Source of the DNA: Candidatus Moanibacter sp.
GTDB taxonomy: Bacteria; Verrucomicrobiota; Verrucomicrobiia; Opitutales; UBA2987
DNA length: 64,000 bases
Direction: 5' to 3'
Assembly (NCBI GenBank): GCA_965215885.1
Contig: CBDCEW010000083.1
Location: 14,875-78,874 of the forward strand
Shown here: in pieces, positions 52,474 to 62,309 of the stretch
How positions within the stretch are numbered: position 1 is the stretch's first letter
Layout of the letters: each line of letters begins with the position of its first letter
The notes under the pieces: generated by a model
What the model was told of the DNA's origin: nothing
The model's database searches: none
Seen by the model: the letters and a program-made list of their open reading frames with translations, nothing else
Program-made: the position numbers and the translations under genes

Positions 52474-53360
52474 TCATTTTTCTGAATGTTGAGTTTCTTC
52501 GGCCGGAAAAACCAATGTTCGTTTGTACCAGCCCACAGTGGTCTCTATGCCCGATCGGCGTAATCTTTTCCCCCATCGAAGACATTGAAGATGTGGTCGG
52601 CGCCCCCAATGAGGACGGCTTCGCGGGGCTCACCGGGCGCCGAATCCAAAAAAGCCGCTTCATATTGAGGTAGAAAGTCCTCGGATCCGCGGATCGAGAT
52701 GAGGGCTCCCGGATACATTCGCAAACTCGCTATCAGGTCGACACCCCTGAAGCTCTCAAAGAATGAACTCTTCAGTGTGACAGTTTTCCATCCCTCGATC
52801 TCATAGGTCGCCTGCCCGTTGGCCATCGCCTCCTTAGCGATCTCACCCATCCGCCCCTGAAAGAAGTCACGTTCGAAGTCCCCGCTACTCGACCAGAGCG
52901 CCATGGATCGAAACCACTCCGGATGCTTTCCCGCAACAAAGATGGCGGTGGCCCCGCCAAGGCTCGAACCCATCAAGCCCAGATGAGCACGCGCAATTCC
53001 CTCCCTTTTCAGGAGGAAATGGTAGGCCGCCTCCGAATCCTCAACCCGGGTATGCAATGTCGACTCAATATTCGTTCTCTCGCGATCACCTTCACCGCGA
53101 AAATTGATGCGGAATGTTGCGATTCCCGCCTCTGCCAACTCGAAGGCGAGTCTCTTCTTGAAATCGGCCGGACCGTTCATGTCGTCGGCAAAGCCGTGCA
53201 GGAGGAGGACGGCGCGTCCATCCCAATCGTCCTCAGGTTCCAGCCAGGCGCCTCTCAAGTCCTCACTTATCCGCACCATTTCTTCCCGAATCTCCGCCAT
53301 GACGCGGTTTGCCACTGCTGAAAGGCCGATTAATAAAAAAAACACCAACTTCAAATTCAC
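52474..53360 (-). CDS. secreted alpha/beta hydrolase with frameshift near the C-terminus
   Basis: Signal peptide, LLHGF, GSSLG and GADHIF. The frame stops at 52545, but IETTVGWYKRTL continues in another frame to 52474. Confidence 0.8.
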
Positions 53361-53562
53361 CGCATCTATACTACCAGAAGAATCGGTTGCTTTTCAAAGA
53401 ATTCCTTTCGAGAACTCTGTTGCTCCAATAATCTCCCAGTGAATCTCTCCAAAGCGCAGCTTTACTGTTTACCGAACACTGTTCGCCGGTAGCATTATCA
53501 TTTCCCCAACATACAAAAATTCCATTTTTCATCATTCCATTCTTTAAATCCGCAATCCAAAC

Positions 53563-53913
53563 ATGACCTATTATCTTGTAAAGCTTATCCTCTCAGCCGG
53601 AATCATAGTCGCTGTCTCTGAGACGGCCAAACGGTCCACTCTAATTGGAGCAATAATCGCTTCGCTGCCCCTCGTTACGATTCTTTCTTTTATCTGGATC
53701 TACGTTGAAACGAAAAATATCGAGAAAGTGTCGCAACTTTCAATGAGTATATTCTGGCTCGTTATTCCGTCACTCACTTTCCTGCTTATCCTTCCTCAGC
53801 TGTTTAAGACGGAGCTCAATTTTTACATATCCCTCGCCCTCTCATCCACGATAATGATTGGGTTCTATTTTGTGATGATCGCGGGATTGAAGAAACTGGG
53901 AGTCTCCCTCTAA
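53563..53913 (+). CDS. DUF3147-like membrane protein
   Basis: Four TM helices, SETAKRS..GAIIASLPL; coupled to the next gene. Confidence 0.75.
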   Translation: MTYYLVKLILSAGIIVAVSETAKRSTLIGAIIASLPLVTILSFIWIYVETKNIEKVSQLSMSIFWLVIPSLTFLLILPQLFKTELNFYISLALSSTIMIGFYFVMIAGLKKLGVSL

Positions 53914-54614
53914 TGGCACCGATTCGAACCCTGACATTCGATCTTTTTGGGACAGTTCTCGACCTAGGCGGGAGCCTGACACCCTATATCCGGGATTATC
54001 TCGAAGATAAGAAGTGCGAAATATCACCGGAGAAATTCTGGTCGAAGTGGCGGGAACGCCAGCGGATTGAGCAGTTTCGAGATACCATGATGATGCTTGG
54101 GCACTGTGGATATCTGGAAGCCGCCCGCAGGGCGCTCAAATATGTCTTCGCTCAAATCGGTATCCCCGTCACAAACGGAGAGGTCGCTGAGCTCATGGAA
54201 ACCTGGAGGCAACTCAAACCATTTCCTGAAGTCGAGGAAGCGCTCAACGGCCTGAAAGAGGAATTTCAACTCGTCGTTCTTTCCAACGGCGAAAGTGACT
54301 TCCTCGAATACCTTGTAGAAAATCGCTGTCCGTTCGGATTCGACCGGATTATTTCAGTCGATGAAGCCAGCGTCTTCAAACCCCACCCTGCCGTCTACAG
54401 GAAGGCGGCTCAATTGCTCAAACGTGAACCCGGCGAATGCCTTATGGTCTCGGCCCATCCCTTTGACGTCGTTGGAGCCCGTGCCTGTGGTTTCCGCGGC
54501 GCTTTCGTCAACCGCTATGGTTTCCCCTATATTGACGATAGATTCCTTCCCGATCTGGAAGTGCAGGACTTCTCAGAGTTAGCGCGGGAGTTGATGTCAG
54601 TCCTTGATTCTTGA
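53913..54614 (+). CDS. haloacid dehalogenase type II
   Basis: FDLFGT, LSNG, FKPHPAVY and VSAHPFDVVGA motifs. Confidence 0.9.
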   Translation: MAPIRTLTFDLFGTVLDLGGSLTPYIRDYLEDKKCEISPEKFWSKWRERQRIEQFRDTMMMLGHCGYLEAARRALKYVFAQIGIPVTNGEVAELMETWRQLKPFPEVEEALNGLKEEFQLVVLSNGESDFLEYLVENRCPFGFDRIISVDEASVFKPHPAVYRKAAQLLKREPGECLMVSAHPFDVVGARACGFRGAFVNRYGFPYIDDRFLPDLEVQDFSELARELMSVLDS

Positions 54615-54746
54615 ATCCGGTGAAAAAAACCCACGTTCTTGCGAACGCGGCTACGGTGCTGCGTAATTCGTTGATGATTGTAGCCGCGTTCGCACGAACG
54701 CGGGAATTTTCTAGCAGAATCGATTGTTAACTCTGCAAGTGCCTGG

Positions 54747-55019
54747 TGTCGTGTCCCGCAAATACCTTCACACAGGCAGGAGCGATTTTGCGTCTCCAGC
54801 AAAGCAGCGCCAAGGGTGCTGTGCCATCGGCACCGCTCCTTGGGCGCGAATGCCGCTGGGACACAAAAGCGCCCTGTTCTTCACGAATGAGGCGGCATTG
54901 AGGGGTTCGCAGCGTTGTGCAGCCGGGGAAAGCCCGACAGGGCTTCCTCCCGGCTACCCGCCTTGCGCTGCCCCTCAACGGCGCTCTCACCTGTGTAAAG
55001 GGATTTGCGGGACACGACA
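54747..55019. mobile_element. 273-bp MITE-like element
   Basis: 30-bp TIR tgtcgtgtcccgcaaataccttcacacagg / cctgtgtaaagggatttgcgggacacgaca (2 mismatches). Confidence 0.8.
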
Positions 55020-55075
55020 TTAGAGTGTCTCCCAAATCACTGGACTAAATCAACGGTTTCGATTCAATCGGCTAT

Positions 55076-55876
55076 ATGAGCAAAGAACTATTCTCTCTGG
55101 AAGGTAAAGTGTCCCTCGTCACTGGAGGGGGGCGAGGCATCGGCGCAGCCATCGCAAAAGGCTTCGCGGAAGCGGGAGCCACCGTGGTATGCGCCGCGCG
55201 CACCCAATCTCAACTCGACGAGACCGTGGCCGCGATAGAGTCTTCCGGCGGCAAAGCGCTGGCCGTTCCGATGGATCTGGCCGAACGACAATCCCTCAAA
55301 GACGGTGTCGAGCAAATCGAATCGCAGTTGGGAGGAATCGATATCCTGGTAAACAATGCGGGAATGAATGTTCGTGAGCCGGTAGAGGAAGTAACCGAGG
55401 AACACTACGACCAGATTATGGCTGTCAACCTCAAAGGACTCTTTTTCCTTACTCAATTCGTGATACCTCACCTCAGGAGAAAGGGAGGCGGAAAGGTCAT
55501 TAACATTGGCTCGATTACGACCGGGTATGGACTTACGAGCATCCCGGTCTACGCAGCTACTAAAGGAGCAGTAGGGCAATTGTCCAAGGCCTTTGCGGTC
55601 GAACTCGCTCCCCACAACATCCAGGTCAATACGCTTTGTCCCGGATTCGTCCTCACCCCTTTGACCGAGAAACTATGGTCAGATCCCACAATGAAAAAAT
55701 GGGGAGAGAGTCGTATACCTATAGGGCGAATGGCCACACCGAATGAAATGGTCGGGACAGCCCTTTTCTTCGCTTCGGCCGCATCCGACTATATTACCGG
55801 CCAGGAAGTCTACGTCGATGGAGGATACACCGCCTGCGAGCGCTGGCCCATACCTGATAGCGGCGGAAATCGGTAG
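55076..55876 (+). CDS. SDR oxidoreductase (gluconate 5-dehydrogenase/KduD-like)
   Basis: LFSLEGK, TGGGRGIG, NNAG, YAATK and VDGGY motifs. Confidence 0.9.
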   Translation: MSKELFSLEGKVSLVTGGGRGIGAAIAKGFAEAGATVVCAARTQSQLDETVAAIESSGGKALAVPMDLAERQSLKDGVEQIESQLGGIDILVNNAGMNVREPVEEVTEEHYDQIMAVNLKGLFFLTQFVIPHLRRKGGGKVINIGSITTGYGLTSIPVYAATKGAVGQLSKAFAVELAPHNIQVNTLCPGFVLTPLTEKLWSDPTMKKWGESRIPIGRMATPNEMVGTALFFASAASDYITGQEVYVDGGYTACERWPIPDSGGNR

Positions 55877-55890
55877 ATTGACGCTTTCGA

Positions 55891-57591
55891 TCAACCATAC
55901 TCCAGCCGACCGGACGTCTCGCGTGCGATCGGCACGTCGAACAACACCAGCTTATTTTCTTTCAGGGACTGGTTCACGCGTTCGCTCAGTTCGTCCGGCT
56001 CGCTGATTCGATGGGCTTCGACACCCAGGGCTCTTGCCAGCGCCGGGTAGTCGATCTCCGGTTCAGTGATATCGAGCCCACAGAATTGGCCATCACTCGC
56101 ACGGGGAAGGTTTAGTCCCTTGGCTCCGATCTTGAGAATCTGATATTGGGCGTTGTTACAAATCACAAAAGTCACCGGAATCTTGTAGCGCGCGGCAGTC
56201 CATAGGCCCTGTATTCCATACATGGCGGAGCCTTCGCCGAGCAATCCCAGCACAGGTCGATCCGGCCAGGCCAGTTTTGCACCGATCGCGCAGCCCAACC
56301 CCCATCCTAACGCCCAGCCGCGGTGACCGAAATAGCCGGTTGTGTTTTTCAATGCGCCCAGCCTCTCGAACGTCGTGTTGGTCGTAGTGACTGCCTCCTC
56401 GACCACGGCCACGTCGGCGGGCAAGGCCCGTGCCAGAGCGCCCATCAATCCAAGTGGAGTGAGCGGACGCAGTTCCCTTTCGTCTGCGACCTGCTCATGT
56501 AAGGCCACGCGTGACGCTGCGTGCGCTGCTTTCCACTTGTTGGCCCGTCGAAGAATCACTTCAGCCCTGTTTTCATCAATCGCATCATTGAGGAGGCGCT
56601 GGAGTTCGCCGAGCGACGTTTTCGTGTGGCCGATCACGCCAACTTCGACAGGGTAGTTTTTGCCGATCTGCCATGGGTCTTCGTCAATATGGATAAGCCG
56701 AACGTGTTCTGGAATAGCACACGACGGTTCCTGATAGACATATTGACGCAGCAAGGGCATTCCAGTCACGAGCAGCACATCGAACTCGCGTAGCCGCTCG
56801 CGCACCTCGGGTGACCAGAGCGGCAGCCCCTGGGCATTGAGCGGATGGTCACTGGGAAAAGCCATTCGGCCGTGAGTGGTCCCGGATTCCGTCATCACCG
56901 GAGCCCCCAATAGTTCCGCAACGGCGACCAATTCTTCCATCGCACAGGCCTCCGTCACGCGACTGCCGGCCAGGATACCCGGATTCTCCGCCCCCATCAG
57001 CAGATCATGGGCGCGACGAAGCGCCTCTTCCGACGGCCGCACGCGCGTGTCGGGCAAACGAATGGGAGTCAAATCGAGCGTGTCCGACACCTCCATCTGA
57101 ACGTCCACCGGCATCGACATAAACACCGGACCTGTGGGAGGCGTCAAAGCGGTCTGCACGGCGCGGCGCAACGCGACAGGCAGATCTTCGACACGTTCCA
57201 CCTCAACCGCCCATTTCGTCCACGGCCGTGCTACCGAAACCATATCGCCCCAAAGGATCGGTTCTTCAAATCTCAATCGACGGTCCTGCTGTCCCGCGGT
57301 TACCAATAGCGGAGTGCCTTCGCGAAATGCATTGTAAAGCATGCCCATGGCACTTCCAAGACCGCAGCTGATATGGAGGTTGACCACGCCCAACGACCCC
57401 GATGCCATGGCAAAGCCGTCGGCCATCGATACCACCGGAACCTCTTGCAAACCCAGGATGTATTGAAACCGATCGTCGCCCACCAGAGCGTCATTCAGCG
57501 GCAACTCAGTCGAGCCGGGATTGCCAAAAATGTGTCGCACACCGAATTCGGCAAGCATATCGAGAAATGCCTGGATACCGGATCGAGCCAT
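55891..57591 (-). CDS. ThDP-dependent enzyme, benzoylformate decarboxylase-like
   Basis: FGNPGSTELP, LGLQE and GEGSAMY..NN motifs. Confidence 0.9.
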   Translation of the reverse strand: MARSGIQAFLDMLAEFGVRHIFGNPGSTELPLNDALVGDDRFQYILGLQEVPVVSMADGFAMASGSLGVVNLHISCGLGSAMGMLYNAFREGTPLLVTAGQQDRRLRFEEPILWGDMVSVARPWTKWAVEVERVEDLPVALRRAVQTALTPPTGPVFMSMPVDVQMEVSDTLDLTPIRLPDTRVRPSEEALRRAHDLLMGAENPGILAGSRVTEACAMEELVAVAELLGAPVMTESGTTHGRMAFPSDHPLNAQGLPLWSPEVRERLREFDVLLVTGMPLLRQYVYQEPSCAIPEHVRLIHIDEDPWQIGKNYPVEVGVIGHTKTSLGELQRLLNDAIDENRAEVILRRANKWKAAHAASRVALHEQVADERELRPLTPLGLMGALARALPADVAVVEEAVTTTNTTFERLGALKNTTGYFGHRGWALGWGLGCAIGAKLAWPDRPVLGLLGEGSAMYGIQGLWTAARYKIPVTFVICNNAQYQILKIGAKGLNLPRASDGQFCGLDITEPEIDYPALARALGVEAHRISEPDELSERVNQSLKENKLVLFDVPIARETSGRLEYG

Positions 57592-57839
57592 GGGAAAAGT
57601 TACTGACTGCTGATAACCCGAAGACTTCACTACCGATCCCGCTCAGCGCGGGAATCTTCCTGTCTTCGGGTTAGAAAGAGATACTGCATTGTGAATTTTT
57701 ATCAAAAACAAAATGGTTGATCATAATCGTGATCAAGAGTCGAAAGAAGAGAGAATCGACCGGAGATTACGATTGAGACTCCCGATCAAAGAGGGGAAAC
57801 CAATTTCATCTTCTGTTGTGGCGGATTCGACAATTACAG

Positions 57840-57870
57840 TTGACCATCGATAGTATCATTTGATACTATC
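57840..57870 (+). promoter_or_regulatory. sigma70-like promoter overlapped by a perfect palindrome
   Basis: TTGACC-18nt-TACTAT with extended TGn; gatagtatca-tt-tgatactatc. Confidence 0.65.
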
Positions 57871-57878
57871 ATCACTCA

Positions 57879-58862
57879 ATGAAGCCGCCCTTTTCTATTA
57901 CTCCCGATATATTGGCGAGCACAAGTGTCATCGAACGATTCCTCGGGAAACTTGAAGGGCTAAATCAGCCTAAACCTCAGCCGTTCCTACGCAGATCAAA
58001 TCGCGTAAGGACCATTCAAGGAAGCCTCGCGATTGAGGGCAATACCCTTACGATAGAGCAGGTAACCGATATTCTGGATGGCAAACGAGTTATTGCTCCA
58101 AAGCAGGACATTCTTGAAGTGAAGAACGCAATTTCTGTCTACGACAGACTTAAAGAGTTTAAACCGTTTTCGATACGGGATCTTCTACGAGCTCATGGCT
58201 TTCTGATGAAAGGCCTGATTAGCAATGCAGGAAAGTGGCGCCAGAGAAACTTCGGCATCTTAAAGGGCTCTGATATCTCTCATGTGGCTCCCAAGGCAAA
58301 TCGAATCGCGGCATTGATGAGAGCTCTGTTTGGTTTTCTCAAAGCCAAAGATACCCACCCTTTGATTAAGGCCGGCATTTTTCACTATGAACTCGAGTTC
58401 ATTCACCCTTTTGAAGACGGCAATGGAAGGATAGGTCGATTCTGGCACAGCCTCTTGCTATATCATTACCATCCAGTCTTCGAATTCATCCCAGTGGAAT
58501 CTCTTATACGAGAAAATCAATCAGAGTATTACAGAGCCTTGGAACAATCGGACAACTCTGGCCATTCAACACCTTTCATTGAATTTTCTCTAATGACCCT
58601 TCAGAAGGCATTCATCGACTTCATCGACGAATTAAAACCGGAAACTTCCAACGCTTCGAGCCGCCTCGAGATAGCCGCCAACCACTTTGGTTCGAAGCAG
58701 TTTACCCGAAAGGACTATCTGAATATCTTCAAAACGATATCCACAGCCACAGCGAGTAGAGATCTGCGTTTTGCCGTCGATAACAAACGGGTTGAAAAAA
58801 AAGGGGATAAGTCGAAGGCAAAGTACAGATTCACTAATTTCTCAAATTCGTATGTACGATGA
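57879..58862 (+). CDS. Fic family protein with C-terminal HTH
   Basis: HPFEDGNGRIGR, SLAIEGN inhibitory motif and ISTATASRDL. Confidence 0.93.
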   Translation: MKPPFSITPDILASTSVIERFLGKLEGLNQPKPQPFLRRSNRVRTIQGSLAIEGNTLTIEQVTDILDGKRVIAPKQDILEVKNAISVYDRLKEFKPFSIRDLLRAHGFLMKGLISNAGKWRQRNFGILKGSDISHVAPKANRIAALMRALFGFLKAKDTHPLIKAGIFHYELEFIHPFEDGNGRIGRFWHSLLLYHYHPVFEFIPVESLIRENQSEYYRALEQSDNSGHSTPFIEFSLMTLQKAFIDFIDELKPETSNASSRLEIAANHFGSKQFTRKDYLNIFKTISTATASRDLRFAVDNKRVEKKGDKSKAKYRFTNFSNSYVR

Positions 58863-58989
58863 AGCATGTCCCGGTAGATTCCGGATTGAAGGCAGCGTAA
58901 GGCGCGCCGGCGCTACACGACACAAGAAAAAGAACTATGGAACATTACCTTACGATACGCGCTGCAGCAGTGGGCTTCTTGTCTACAAT

Positions 58990-59292
58990 ATGGAGCATCA
59001 CGCCGCGTTGGGACACGCTCTCTCGGCGTTCGGAGCAACTTCGACGAACCTGAGGCAAGTCGCATTTCCGGAAGTGCCGACCATCATGATCAGCCGTGGC
59101 AAACCGCAAAAGGGATTTCCCTGGGGTGACGCAGCCTCGGAAGCCGCGTGGCGAAAAGGTCATGAGACTTTGATCGAAAATCTTTCCAACAAACGGCATT
59201 GGATTGCTGATGACTCGGCGCATGCAATCGTCATCGATCAGCCGGAAATCGTCCTTAAGGCCATTGCCGCTACGATTGGAAACGACCGCTGA
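58990..59292 (+). pseudogene. alpha/beta hydrolase C-terminal fragment
   Basis: VPTIMISRG...SAHAIVIDQPEIV; no nucleophile motif upstream. Confidence 0.6.
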
Positions 59293-59467
59293 CTCTCTGC
59301 AAGAGAAACGCAGCACGGACCAGCAATGTAGCCATATGATTTATCAAACCCAACTCTCCCTTTGCGTTCTTTGCGGCTTCTCGACAGGGCGTAGTCTCGC
59401 TTGCGAGTCGAACACCGTTGCGTGAGACAAATCCTCACTTCGGTCATAACTTGAAGGGAGCAGTATT

Positions 59468-60529
59468 TCAAAGGGCAAACGCCCGCAGATCCACCGTCTC
59501 GGAAGAACCGTCGAGAATAAGCTCGGCCATGGCCACACCGCTGGCAGGGGCATTCAAAATGCCCCAGCAACTATGGCCGCTTGCCAGGTAGGCGCCACGC
59601 GAGTTGGGCACCGGTCCCATGCGGGGAAGCCCATCCATGTAGACCGGCCTGAAACAGGCCGACGCCGGACCGATATCAATGGACTCAAAAGAGGGCGAAA
59701 GCGATTGAGCGAGTCCCGTCAGCAACTCCGTCGCATCCTCTCTGGGTGCCACGTCCTGCGCCCGTGCGGGTAGCCCGACCTGCTCGGAAACGCCGTTCAG
59801 ATAGACGGTCCCGTCTGGTCTTGGGACCACTTCAGGCGAGCTGGCGGTGCCCCCAAGCATAATCTCTTCGACAAACAAGGCATGAGCCGGGAGCGGCGCG
59901 GATGGAGTGAACGTGACACTGTGCCCCTTCAATCCATGGACTGTCGGGAGAGGCAGTCCCAGCAATCTGTTGCCGGACCAGGGCCCCATTGCGATGACCA
60001 CCACATCACAGGACAACAGACTGCCTGCAATCGAAACCCCAACAACGGTCTCGCAGTTCAATTCTATGGCATCGACTCGCCCATGAAGAAGTTTGGCCCC
60101 ATTTTTCGAAGCGAGCTCAACCAATGTCTTGGTGAACTTCCGGGGATGGACTTGAGCGGTAGTCTTTTCATCACCTAACTCACCACGAACGCGATACCTG
60201 TCGCTCAACCACGACACTTCGCCCGAGCTGCCGGCCCGGTAACCACCTGAACCCACTGAATAGGTCTTCATCAAGCGAAAGTCGTAGAGGCTGCCGTACC
60301 GCTTCGCCCATTGTTGGTGCAGAGCAAAACTGGTCCGGGCAAGTTGAGCCAGCGGCGTGCCGTCGCACCAATCAAGGGCGAGAAAACCACCCGCTTTTCC
60401 TGAAGCCGCCCCCGCGACTTCTCCTTCCTCGACGATTGTTACGCGCGCCCCGCGTTCGCTCAGACAGTAGGCGGTAGCCGCTCCAATCACACCTCCGCCG
60501 CAAACTACGATGTGTTGTGAAGTTTCCAA
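59468..60529 (-). CDS. FAD-dependent oxidoreductase, DAO family
   Basis: GGGVIG, ASGKAGG, ACFRP and GHSCWGILNAP motifs. Confidence 0.9.
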   Translation of the reverse strand: METSQHIVVCGGGVIGAATAYCLSERGARVTIVEEGEVAGAASGKAGGFLALDWCDGTPLAQLARTSFALHQQWAKRYGSLYDFRLMKTYSVGSGGYRAGSSGEVSWLSDRYRVRGELGDEKTTAQVHPRKFTKTLVELASKNGAKLLHGRVDAIELNCETVVGVSIAGSLLSCDVVVIAMGPWSGNRLLGLPLPTVHGLKGHSVTFTPSAPLPAHALFVEEIMLGGTASSPEVVPRPDGTVYLNGVSEQVGLPARAQDVAPREDATELLTGLAQSLSPSFESIDIGPASACFRPVYMDGLPRMGPVPNSRGAYLASGHSCWGILNAPASGVAMAELILDGSSETVDLRAFAL

Positions 60530-60724
60530 GTAAGCTAGTTCTTCGGCCTATTAGACGGCCGTTTCAAAGTAGGTTGAAAATTGGGACAGTTGCAGGACGA
60601 AAAGCTTCCGCTTTCCGCTACCCTACGAAGCGAAGTGTGTAGCGGAAAGCGGAAGCTTTTCGATCCTCGCGAGTTTTCCAGATCGAGGAAGAGCATCTCG
60701 CTCAGCGGGAAGAATAACATGCTG

Positions 60725-61942
60725 TTAATCCGGCATCACCAGGAATTCACCCTCACGGATGCCGTAGCTTCCGCCCAACTCGCGATAGTCGACGCCGGCC
60801 CGGCCATTCCAATCCCACGCCACCTCTCCGTCCTTTAGGGTCAGCTCGCAGAAGAGCCTTTCTTCTCCAAGGATCCGGCCGCCAAAAGAATCTGCATAGC
60901 CGAATTGGCCCTTCATCAAGTTTAGCACTGCCACATCAGCCACCGCCCCCACGGACAGGTGCCCCAGTTCGGGGTGGCCGATTTCCCGGGCAGGATTGAC
61001 GGTCGAGGCGCGCACAACCTCGACAAGAGGCATCCCCATGATGAGGAACTTCGACATTGTCGTGGTCATGTCGAGCATGCCCCCGTTCATACACCCGACG
61101 TGCAGGTCGGTCGAGATCGAATCGGGGAAGAAGCTCTGAGCGATGGCGGGCACGGCGTTGCGAAAGCAAAAACTGCCCGCTCCATGCCCTACATCCAGCA
61201 CTACGCCCCGCTCGCGCGCCTCATATAAATAGGGCAGCACCTTCCCCTCTGCATCGAACCAGGGCGTCGGCCCGCGGAAAATGTGGGTGCTGATATCACC
61301 CCTGCGCAGTTTCTCGGTCACGAGCTGGTAATAAGGTCTCTCCCTCTTGAAAAAGCCAAAGTCGATCATGACCGGCAGTGAGGCCTTCTCCGCCGCCTCC
61401 AGGCAGCGGTCCACCGAGATCCATTCGGGTCCTACATAGTGTGCCGTCTTAATTCCCACCACCACGTCTTCATTCTCGCGCGCGACGCCCGACGCTCGGT
61501 CCGTGTCCATATCGTGGGGATTCTGCTCAAGATCGGTCGAAATCATCCCGCTGCCTACGATGTTGACGAGGGCAAAAAGCCGGGTCCGGCAACGGTCGAT
61601 CACACGATGCCGGAAGTCTTCAAAATTGCGCCACCCGGCACTCCCTGTATCGACCATCGTCGTCACCCCCGTACGGAAGCTGAATCCGTCCGGCAAAATG
61701 CTGTTGTCGCCGGCCCAGGCATCACGGTGCCCCGTGGTGGCGTAGGCGTGCATGTGGATGTCCACCAGCCCCGGTGTCACGTAGAGTCCGCTCACGTCGA
61801 TAACCCGACTCGCATCTCCTACCGGCAGATCCACTTCCACCGCCGCCACTTTCCCACCTTCGATACCGACATCCATGAGTGCGTCGATATCGTTTCCCGG
61901 ATCGATCACATGACCGCCCCTCAAAATTAATCCGTAAGCCAT
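60725..61942 (-). CDS. amidohydrolase/deacetylase family metallohydrolase (dihydroorotase-like)
   Basis: PGLVDIHMH, GVTTMVD, DVGHG and ISTD motifs. Confidence 0.9.
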   Translation of the reverse strand: MAYGLILRGGHVIDPGNDIDALMDVGIEGGKVAAVEVDLPVGDASRVIDVSGLYVTPGLVDIHMHAYATTGHRDAWAGDNSILPDGFSFRTGVTTMVDTGSAGWRNFEDFRHRVIDRCRTRLFALVNIVGSGMISTDLEQNPHDMDTDRASGVARENEDVVVGIKTAHYVGPEWISVDRCLEAAEKASLPVMIDFGFFKRERPYYQLVTEKLRRGDISTHIFRGPTPWFDAEGKVLPYLYEARERGVVLDVGHGAGSFCFRNAVPAIAQSFFPDSISTDLHVGCMNGGMLDMTTTMSKFLIMGMPLVEVVRASTVNPAREIGHPELGHLSVGAVADVAVLNLMKGQFGYADSFGGRILGEERLFCELTLKDGEVAWDWNGRAGVDYRELGGSYGIREGEFLVMPD

Positions 61943-62159
61943 GATTTCATTTCTACGCTGCGCAATCCAGAGGCGGCAACCCTTTTGTAAATTTCAGCAA
62001 CCGATCGAATTTAATACTCTGCCCTCATCCTCAAATCAGATCACCTCAAAGGATTGACTCCCTTCGGATTTACCCTTTCATACCATGGCTTCATGCCTGC
62101 CTCGGCTCTGCCCTACGGAAGCGTTGCGAAGACGGGTCGAAGGGCTCTCACTTTCACTT

Positions 62160-62236
<77 letters not shown>

Positions 62237-62309
62237 AGAAGATTGGAATAGTGGAAGGCCAAAGGCGAAGAGATTCTGGCAAAAATCAAACGCTCTCTTT
62301 GCCGCATTT

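Noticed and set aside
55891..57591. GEGS instead of GDGS in the ThDP motif as a sign of inactivity
   Set aside because: A conservative acidic substitution; not enough evidence on its own.
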